A stretch of 64,000 nt of DNA from Rhynchopus sp. YZ270_cl-10 (taxonomy: Eukaryota): NCBI GenBank assembly GCA_964035575.1, contig OZ037847.1:682001-746000 (forward strand), given 5' to 3'. The first letter of the stretch is position 1, and every line of letters begins with the position of its first letter. Below the pieces are notes generated by a model. The model saw only the letters and a program-made list of their open reading frames with translations, was not told where the DNA came from and did not search any database. This document shows positions 1-8,861 of the stretch, one piece after another. A program made the translations under genes and the position numbers.

Positions 1-121
1 TCAAATTTTGCTTTTAATGGCCTCAAATCGTCGAAATTAGCCTTTTTAGGGGCGAAAAAAAAAATTCGAGAGTCCCTTTCCCTGGGAGACAATAGCCAGA
101 AATCTGAGGAAAAAAAAAAAA

Positions 122-300
122 ACTGGCCAGATTTCCAGATCTGGCCAGATCTGGGGGGGTTTTTTTTTTTTTTGAAAAAAAAAATTTCCCAGATTCCCAG
201 ATCTGGCCAGATCTGGCCAGATCTGGAAACAAGATCTCCACATCTGGAAAACGAGCCAGATCTGGGAAATTGGCCCCCAAATCTGGCCAGATCTGGCAGC
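122..300. repeat. Array of overlapping palindromes (AGATCT/TGGCCA, unit CTGGCCAGAT), probably the subterminal region of a non-autonomous DNA transposon
   Basis: CCAGATCTGG-type words recur many times; the array is bracketed by a direct repeat AGAGTCCCTTTCCCT near 68 and 334. Confidence 0.55.
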
Positions 301-381
301 ATCCGTGCTTATAGGGGGAAAAAAAAATTTTGCAGAGTCCCTTTCCCTTTGGCGACTTAGGATCACCAAAAGTGGGTTTGA

Positions 382-474
382 GCGTGTAATTATTACCCAT
401 AATTACACGGCTGACATTTTTGGTCGCAAATCGCTAACGATTCATAATTACACGCTTGGTAATAATTACACGCT
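382..474. repeat. Short ATAATTACACG repeats with one inverted copy
   Basis: ATAATTACACG near 399, 445 and 462; inverted CGTGTAATTAT near 383. Confidence 0.55.
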
Positions 475-665
475 CCCAGATTATAATTTTTGGTTCTTCC
501 TGAAGGATTTGTACACGAGTCAAAAATTGCACGATAAAAAAGAATAAAAACAACATCGGCAATACCCCAATAGGCTCTACTCCACCCTAAAGAAAGGCTG
601 TAGGATATGATACTCTAGATTGTATCAAAAGAATCACAAAAACCTAAAGGGAGGTTTCACCACTT

Positions 666-2297
666 TTACCTAAAATTTAAAAGCAATATCCATACCACTG
701 CATTGACCGCAACTGCCTCGTGTGGTTCGTATATGACCTGTGCACGGGGACCGCTTGAGTCGGCTTGTTTGATTTCTTGGGGCATGACGTAGTCGTGCAG
801 TCTGTGTGGCGACTGGGACTGCGAGATGGAGGGGACGGAGGACTTTGGGGAGGCGGGGGCTGAGGAGGGTGGGGGTGAGGGGGCGGAGGACTCGTCGTCG
901 TCAAGCTCTGCGAGGAAGGCGTCTTCTTCTGCCTTCTCTTGCTCCTCAAGCTCGTCCAGGAATGCGGCCTCCTCGTCGTCCAGGGCCTCTTCCTCCTCCT
1001 CCTCCACCGGCGCAGCCATGGGTTCAGGCTCTTCACGGACCGGCAACGGGCTCTCGATCAACCCCTCCTCCTCACACTCCCGCTCGTGTTCGTCCTCCTC
1101 CGCAGTGATCGCCAACCACCTCGCCTCTTCCCTGCTCACATCCCGGTCCTCTTTGTCCTCAAGCTTTGGGGAAGGGGCTAAGCAATCATCAATGGCGCGT
1201 TGGGTGGGCTGTGATGGGGGGTTTAAAAAAAGATGAATAAGATACAAATTCATAATAATTATACTTTCAAATAAGATTTGAACGCATTAGGGAAGTGTAT
1301 AAAAAACAACAACAAAAAGATGAATAAGATCAAAAGAAAGCATCACCGAAGGTGAGCATTTCGGGAATAAAAGGGTTATGATGTCGGCGATCCTTCATTT
1401 CGTATTGCGTTCGTTTTGTAATATAATGTGGTGTTGTGGGCATACCAGGCACTCTGGTGGAGGGTCCATCACCACCTCAGGCTCCACAATGCCAAACCCA
1501 GGGGTGGACTCGGCAGGGGTAGGTGTGGTAGGCGCCTTCTTCTTGGGGGAGACCTTCACGTGTTTGGGAAGACGCGGCTTTCTCTTCTTCACCTGAACCA
1601 TATCGCAGGAGACAATCGCTCTGTGCGGAGGGTGGGAGAATGTACAGATGATTAAAGGCGGATAATATTTTGATCATAAAAATAACAGTGTTTTTCTGAA
1701 CGCCAAATAGGGGTAAAGAATCTGATGAAAATATTCAAGAGGGAAATACTACATTGGCTTTCTTTGTCTAATTTCTTAATACACTGTGTGTTAGGGGGAA
1801 AAGGGTTCAAAAAAACCAAAGGGTTATGATTAACCGCCTCTTATGCTACCTTGATCATCATCGTATAGCAGCTGAACCAACATTTTTTTTCTTTGAATTG
1901 AGAGGTACATACTTTGGGGGGAACTTCAATCGATAGGACTGCCCCTTTTTGAGGCCAGACTCTTTCCCTTGGAAGACAATGGTGAAGGCGCCGGAGGGGT
2001 GCTGATGGAGAATGGTGCCTACCTTCCCGGCAACCTGATGTCAGAGAACCAATAGCTGAAAGCCTTCAAAGATTATGACACATCTATGAAGCACTTCTTT
2101 TCCCACAAACAAAATACGATGTGAAGGCAAACCCACCTACCTGCACCAACCTTTCCCCAATATACGTTGTGTGTGTCACTGTTGAAGCTTGCTCGAAACA
2201 CTGCCTTCAGACATACCTTGTCCATATCGGATTCATAGTCGTCCCGCTTAAACTTTCTCCACTCTTCGCGAACTTCTTCAGCGCTGACAATCTTTAC
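666..2297 (-). CDS. Multi-exon protein with a Mind-bomb SH3-repeat (SH3_15)-like N-terminal domain and a Lys/Pro then Glu-rich disordered region; 5' end unresolved
   Basis: Manual splicing with GTATG..AG introns at 2035-2216, 1621-1912 and 1209-1445 keeps the frame: VKIVSAEEVREEWRKFKRDDYESDMDK|VAGKVGTILHQHPSGAFTIVF...YRLKFPPK|AIVSCDMVQVKKRK...PPECL|PTQRAIDD...; domain call is by visual resemblance. Confidence 0.6.
1683..1786. repeat. Dispersed repeat, copy 1 (in an intron); copy 2 is at about 34799-34935
   Basis: Shared blocks AACAGTGTTTTT, GCCAAATAGGGGTAAA, GGGAAATACT, TTGGCTTTCTTT and TTTCTTAATACACT in the same order. Confidence 0.75.
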
Positions 2298-2911
2298 CTA
2301 CGCAATGGGTTGTGTGGGTTGTAATGCAAATAGGGACCACAGAGATCACCCTAAAAGAGTTGATATGTCGCCATCACTGCTGAGCGAAAACGGGAAGAGG
2401 AAAAAAAAATGATTTCAAAGTGTTTAGAAACTCCTGAAAATCATGAACAGGATTTTTTTCTAGAGGGGGTATCCCTGTCAGAGTTTTTGGAGATTGCCGT
2501 CCCCCCCGCCCACGCCTGGTTGTTGATTGCAGGCACCTCCAATTGACCCATGAAAGCAGAAGTAAACAAAAACAAAAACAAAAACAAAAACAAAAAAATC
2601 GCTGCCGGAAACATACCTTAACCCCCTGCTGCAGCGGCGCTGCCTTCATGACTGTGTCGCTCATTTGCGTATTTGTGTTGTGTCTTTATCACACTTTGGA
2701 AGGGGGGGAAACGTTATATCCCACTTAGCCCTCTTGTGTTCCTGGTTGAGGTGTGAAGGGGAAGGTGTGAAGGTGTAACGTAGGACAGAGACAGGAGAAA
2801 GAGGGGGGATATCTTATTTTGTCTGGCACAAAAAAAAAAATGGTTCGGTTGTCGCTGGTTTCCCTGTTTTTTTTTGAAGACTTGGTCATATTAGCGTGGA
2901 CATCTTCCATA

Positions 2912-3062
2912 CAATGCAACGAGGCCGAATCGGCCTTGCTAAGTCCGGCTGAGGCGTACTAATGGTTGAGGAGTGATTGCAGGTAATAATAGGCCCCAGC
3001 CACGCCTCACATAGATCTTCCAGACATGCCTATTTTCAGGCGTAGTCGGCCTCGTTGCATTG
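2912..3062. mobile_element. 151-bp MITE, Tc1/mariner (Stowaway)-like
   Basis: Perfect 17-bp TIR CAATGCAACGAGGCCGA / TCGGCCTCGTTGCATTG, with TA on both flanks (2910-2911 and 3063-3064). Confidence 0.8.
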
Positions 3063-4345
3063 TATGATTATCTCCTCCGCTACATTCCCTTTTTTTTCGT
3101 TCTGTCTGGGGTATTTTCGTTCTGAACCCTCTGAGAATAATCTTCTATGAAGGGTGATATCATTTTGCGTTTTCAATTGTGATACAGCCAAAAATTAAAA
3201 AAAAAAAAAACTGGACTTTGCTAATCAAAGATTCGTGCGCTAAAAAATACCTCCTACTTTTTCTTTTTAAAAATGGAGGGGTTCGAAAAACGGTGGCTGT
3301 AAAGCTTACGTGAGAGGGCTTTTTTTTGGGCACCTCACAAACACAGCATCTCAAGAAACATTAAAACAATGGATTCATTTTCTTTCAGGAAAACAGAAAG
3401 CATTCCACTAAAAATGAGTGGGCATTCAGTTTTGTACGAAATAGTAGCAAAGTCGGGGGTAATAACATTGCAATGCAAACCAACATCACATTCGGTGACG
3501 TGGTTTCAACGCTTACCTACCATTCTAAAAGTAGATACGTTATTATTCCCTCCCTTTTCCCCTCCCATCTATCTTGCCATAACACAAACAATCAATACAA
3601 TTTTTTTGTAAGAACCTGAGCCCCTTCCGTGGACCCCCTTACATAAGAACAGGCACTCCGCTAGGTACTAAAGTTCTGTTGATTGTCAACAGAACTTTTT
3701 GAAAATGGGGAAAAAAAGAAAAAAAAAAAAGTTCTGCTAAGTGGTTCAGACCCGTTCTACCTGTCAAAAAAGCTCAGGAGAAGAAGATATGGAGAGGTGA
3801 GTGCTCAAACGTCCCAAAAAAGTCAAAATCGGGCGTTGGTAAAAAAAAAAGTTGCGTACCGTGCGCCTGCGGCGCAAGCATGTACCCCACCAACGTGGAC
3901 CATCAACAGAATATTTTCAAAATCGGAAATCCTAGCGGAGAGCCTGCATAAGAAGCACAAAAAAAAAAAAAAAATGATATCCAATAATGATTCGTAACCA
4001 TGTGACCCTGCCCCCATCCCCACCCTTTTTACCCTCCCCCCCGCAGGACAAAAACCTCATACTCTCAAGGATCACCTAAACGAATAGGGAAATTGTCCAT
4101 CCCTTTAGGTGCAGTTGTACCACATCTTACACCGACTTCTATGCACCTCTCAACAAGAATTTGCATTCTGACCAACGGCTATCACTAACAGCATACTGTG
4201 TAACAGTATTGCTCCATTCTGATGGAAGAACGCACAAATACATACAGTCTCCATTACCCCGCATATTTCCCAAAGTGTCCCATATCGCCTCGGTGATTCC
4301 TTCATTTCCCTAGAAGGTTTGAAACTGAGTGCGTTTCATAGGTCT

Positions 4346-4933
4346 TTAAAGCTTATTCGCTGGACTCTGAAGGCCTACTCCATGAAAAGAGTGCACCCAC
4401 CCTGCTGTACCACCGATCACTACTGCAAGGCAGATGCCGATGTTGTAGGACATTGTAATCAACATGAGAAGGAACAACGCGCATTCGACCAAGAAGAAGG
4501 AGCCGATCTGCGAGGCTTTGTCCATTTGCATAAACGACGCCTGCAGCAGATGGTACCGCGCAATCGTCACCCCAAAGCTAAAGCACAACACCACCACAAG
4601 GGATACCAGATACGACGTGAAGCCCTCTGTCTGCCACCAATCAAACAGCAACATCACTCGAGGGCCTTGGTATAACGTCATTTGCATCCCAAGCATCATG
4701 TCAGCATGCGTCATAGGTTTGGTCGGAATTGCCTTGCACCGTCCCGCCTCGACTATACAAGCACTACATATCCCCCTCCCCAAACAACGGTCCACCACCC
4801 CTGGAGGCACCCCATCATGTGTTCGGCACATCCCTTTTGCATCAAGCGTACACAACTGGCATTCTTTTACACTATAAAACCCACATTGCGCTGTCACAGT
4901 CGAAACAAGAAGGGCAAAAACGACCACAGACAT
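4346..4933 (-). CDS. Ctr (SLC31) family copper transporter with a signal-peptide-like start and Cys-rich ectodomain
   Basis: Met-rich HADMMLGMQM, LLFDWW, MxxxM motif (MLITM) followed by SYN..ICLAVVIG, three hydrophobic helices. Confidence 0.85.
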   Translation of the reverse strand: MSVVVFALLVSTVTAQCGFYSVKECQLCTLDAKGMCRTHDGVPPGVVDRCLGRGICSACIVEAGRCKAIPTKPMTHADMMLGMQMTLYQGPRVMLLFDWWQTEGFTSYLVSLVVVLCFSFGVTIARYHLLQASFMQMDKASQIGSFFLVECALFLLMLITMSYNIGICLAVVIGGTAGWVHSFHGVGLQSPANKL

Positions 4934-5020
4934 TCCCTGTGTGAATATTGGGGTTTTTGGGCGAGGGAAAAAAAAATCAACAAAAAAAAAAAGAGAATCG
5001 ATATTATGATGTCCCCCTCT

Positions 5021-6382
5021 TTACCCACTCCCCTTCACAGCAACGAAGACGTAGCACCGTGGAGACACCGCAGGGTTGAAGAGAGGGAGAACGACAGAGG
5101 CCTTTGAGGTTTCATATAGGAAGAGCCAGCGGTCTATAACAAGCAGAAGTTCCAATGCCTCGGCAACACAACGTCGGAGGGTCACAAAGGCAAGATATTC
5201 TTTGAAACGGACAGAAGTATCCAACTGCAGTGCAGCAGCCCGCACTGTCTTTATATCCATGCCCTCTCTCTCCCCCTTCTCCTTCCCTAGTACAACATCC
5301 ATAAACGCACTCAAAGTCAGATCCTCACTCTTCGCAAACTTCCTATAAGCTGACGGAGCCACCTCCAACCTCTCCGGCCACACCGCCTTTTGAACGACAG
5401 CACGGTAAAACCCTAGACGATACTTTTGTAAATGCTCTTCCGGAGAGGCCTTTGTCCACCTCCCTACTGGTGCGCATGCGAGCATTCGCGACACCATTGT
5501 AGGGAAGTATCCTTTCTCCGCAAATTCTTTTGACAAAGGGAACCCCTCTGATGTCAATGCATGATAGCAACATGGCGCTAAGACTAATAGGGGTGAAGCG
5601 GATTTTGCGAAGAGACGGATTGTGGTGCTGCTTAGGTCACCGCAGGCGTGAAGACCGATAAGACCGACCCCATTTAGATCAGTGGGAATGTTTAAATCGG
5701 TTGCTTTGTTCACTAAGGTGGAGTAGTCGCTAGGGGTCATATCGTTTTGCACTCTGCAATGCACAGCGTGTCGTGATACTCCCGCAACTTCATCCGATTT
5801 TTTTTCTTTTTCCGCCCTCTTCATACTCGATGCGCACAACGCCTCCTCACAATCAAGCCCCACAAGGTGTCTCACCTTCCCGCTTATCGCAGGAACAATC
5901 GCTTCACTGAGATGCCCCCTCCCTTCTCCGATATTAAGAATCACAGAGACGTCATCAGCAGCACCTTGAGAAGCAAGGAGACGAAGCACTTCACGGAACT
6001 GCTCTACTTCGTGCGTTTTTTTGGGGGTAAACCCTTTTCGTTGACGGTTTTCTCTGATTGAATGCGAAGCAAAGGTGCAGGTAGTGCGGTCTGGGAGTTG
6101 GCAGGTTGTGTCCTCTACAAATTTTTTGACAGTTTCTGGAGTATTCTCATCAACTGCCGGAAGCAAAACGCACGATTCAGCACTCATCGAAGTAGCTGCA
6201 TCCCTAAGCTGAATACGCCCTGCATCTGTCCCCCACTCCGCTACAAAATAATCATCAGCATGTGTCTCATGCAACCACCTGCTCCCAACCACCACCTCCA
6301 AACACCTCCGCCCCAAATCCTCCACCTCCCCCCTCGACAGTCGATACTGCTCCAACCCTGCAAACGAAAGAGCTGGGTCCAT
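5021..6382 (-). CDS. METTL25/RRNAD1-like SAM-dependent methyltransferase
   Basis: Motifs NIGEGRGHLS, GLHACGDLS, APCCYH and C-terminal SPRCY; start set at MDPALS. Confidence 0.85.
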   Translation of the reverse strand: MDPALSFAGLEQYRLSRGEVEDLGRRCLEVVVGSRWLHETHADDYFVAEWGTDAGRIQLRDAATSMSAESCVLLPAVDENTPETVKKFVEDTTCQLPDRTTCTFASHSIRENRQRKGFTPKKTHEVEQFREVLRLLASQGAADDVSVILNIGEGRGHLSEAIVPAISGKVRHLVGLDCEEALCASSMKRAEKEKKSDEVAGVSRHAVHCRVQNDMTPSDYSTLVNKATDLNIPTDLNGVGLIGLHACGDLSSTTIRLFAKSASPLLVLAPCCYHALTSEGFPLSKEFAEKGYFPTMVSRMLACAPVGRWTKASPEEHLQKYRLGFYRAVVQKAVWPERLEVAPSAYRKFAKSEDLTLSAFMDVVLGKEKGEREGMDIKTVRAAALQLDTSVRFKEYLAFVTLRRCVAEALELLLVIDRWLFLYETSKASVVLPLFNPAVSPRCYVFVAVKGSG

Positions 6383-6541
6383 TGTACTGTATTTTGTGTT
6401 GGTTTTATTTTTGGGGAATTCTGTCGACAAAAAAATATCCTTTTTTTTTTTTTCAACTGCAGATCTATGGCGGGGCCTGTAAAGGCATAGGTTATAAAAA
6501 AGCGTTAAAATAATTGAAAAATACAAAAAAAAAAATCTCAT

Positions 6542-7180
6542 TCAATTACACCTCCATGCTGCAAAGACGCGTCGTCTCTTCTTAACAACAACCTGGTTTT
6601 GGATGCGGAGCTGCTCCTCTCGTTCTAGTTGCTCTGCTGTGTCTGCTTGGATGGTGGTGTAGCGTCGCAGTGCGTCCATGAGGCCACAGTGTTCTTGGTT
6701 CATGTGGTCTTGCATTGTGTCGAAGAGCTGAGGGTCGATGTCGCGCAGTGGTGTAGACTTTGTGTAGGCTGCTTCCTTGAGGGTGAAGAAACGGGACAGC
6801 GAGAAGCTGCTTTTGTAGTCTGCATAGATGCTGCACAGCTTTGCTGGTGGGTTTGCAAAGTGGGTCAGGTGTTCCAGCTGTTGAAAGCTATCTGCAAGGA
6901 CACTCCCGGTGGCAAGAAGGCAGAGGGAGCGGCACAGCTTTCGTTCATAGGTATCAAGAAAGGTGCGGTCCGCACGGCGTGTCTTCATCATCTGTGCAAT
7001 AAGCGAGAGTCGTGCAACCTCAGCTCGCAGGGTCTCGACCTCCCCGGTGTAATGCGATTCGCGTACCAAAGACGCATCGACAGTCTTCAAACGGACCAGT
7101 GCAGAAGGTGCCTTCAATAGGTCAACCCAAAACCCTTCCAACTCAGCACACAAAGAAGCGGCGTTGTCACACCCAGTCAT
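6542..7180 (-). CDS. Hypothetical helical protein (about 212 aa)
   Basis: Open frame with natural composition, co-oriented with its neighbours; no family recognised. Confidence 0.6.
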   Translation of the reverse strand: MTGCDNAASLCAELEGFWVDLLKAPSALVRLKTVDASLVRESHYTGEVETLRAEVARLSLIAQMMKTRRADRTFLDTYERKLCRSLCLLATGSVLADSFQQLEHLTHFANPPAKLCSIYADYKSSFSLSRFFTLKEAAYTKSTPLRDIDPQLFDTMQDHMNQEHCGLMDALRRYTTIQADTAEQLEREEQLRIQNQVVVKKRRRVFAAWRCN

Positions 7181-8356
7181 CTTGGCATTGTGCAGAAGTT
7201 TTGGGTGTTTTTCTGTGGGTAGGTGGGGGTGTGTGGTAAAATGAGGCAAATGAGTGGTCTAATCTGTTGTATTGACATAGTGTGGGGGAGAAGTGAGGAG
7301 CACGAGAATCGTCTGCGTGTTTCCTAAAAGATTTCCTCAGATATGTGTTCTGCCATGTCCCAACAAAAAAGTCGATTGGATCACTTCCCACCACAAAATA
7401 TTCGTCTTAATAGTAAACAACAGCATGCTTGTGCAGTGGAAGACATGGTGGCACTCCCCGGACTTACAGCGACTTCAACTACGTGCACTCACACGTCAAG
7501 CAGCACGCAGACTCTGCACGACACCGGCAGGTGCGAGCAGGAGTAGGTGAGGCGCCAACATCAGTCTCTCGCGGAGATCCCGCCTTAAGTCCCGCTACAC
7601 AATTTCACAGTGTCTAGCTGACACGCAGCCTGAGTACCCGCTACAAGGGTATACAGGTCCAGTCCTAGATTTGGCTTCGGGTTCGGGATCGGAATCGGGT
7701 TCGGCATGAGTTTGTTCTGCCAAAGACGCAGCAACAACAACAAAGGGACAACTTTGAGAAATGATGGTTTCGCAAAGTGAGTTGAAAAAGGGAGTTTGTG
7801 CGTGATAATCCAAAAATGAAGGGGTGGAGGGGGGATAGGCATGTTATTATTGAAACGATGAAGACACCAATTCAATTGGGTGAGTGGTAGGGTCAACAAA
7901 AAGTAGGCAAAATACCTATTGTGCTTGTTTGATGGTTCCTTTTTGGGGTGATTTGGGTCTTTTTTTTTCAGGAAAATTCACTAGCGATTCACATAAATTC
8001 ACAAAAAATCAGACACCCGTGTGTCACGTGTGTTTCTTTCCCCCGCCTCGTTGTGAATTATTGTGATTTTTTCCGGAAAAAAAAGTCCTCAAATCACCCC
8101 ACTTTTTGCACAATGCCAGACACCGTATAAAGGAAACTTCTCCAAAGAAGAAGGCCTGCTGTACAGGCACGGGTCTTTCTCTCATACTGTGTCCACATTG
8201 TCAAAACAGAATCCCTGAGATCCTCGAGAGATGAGTGGAGCTGGTCACACATCCCTCAAGGGTCGTGAAGAGCACAAAGGTCTTGATGTAAAAGAAAGAA
8301 AAACAAGTCAAGGATCATGAATAAAAGCGAAAGGAAACATCAAAAGATGAGTTCGT

Positions 8357-8393
8357 AAGATGTATCTAAGCCGCTCTGTGTGCTTAGTCACCT
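8357..8393 (-). repeat. Dispersed hairpin, subtype A
   Basis: + strand AAGATGTAT CTAAGC cgctctgtgt GCTTAG TCACCT. Confidence 0.75.
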
Positions 8394-8861
8394 CACATAA
8401 GAAAGTGGGATCAATGTCGATTCTAATAGAAAAAGGCATCGTGAACGTCATCTCCGCACAGAGGCAGTCAGAAGTGCGATGAGACAGAACGTCCAACAAC
8501 GAAAGATGCCATCAAAATAAAACACAAAAGGCAGGGGAGGGAGAGGGGTGAACCGACCTTGGTTCTAATAAAAAGTCTTTGAGAGGGAGAATAAAATATG
8601 GAACGCTTTCGAAGATTGTGAATAACGAAACAGAATAATGCACAGGGAACGTTGCACTATGTCTGCTTGTATTCCTTCTTCCCAAAACGCATCCATCTGC
8701 GATACTTCGCGAGCACCGATGAACAGTTTCATCTGCAAGAGAACATATGCGAATGGAATGTTGAACAAAAAAGAACGTCAAAAAATGAAAAAAATGAACA
8801 ACACCAGAAATATTCGGCATTCCTGTGGCGTCGAAGAGCTAGGGTTCTATAGTCGTATCCT

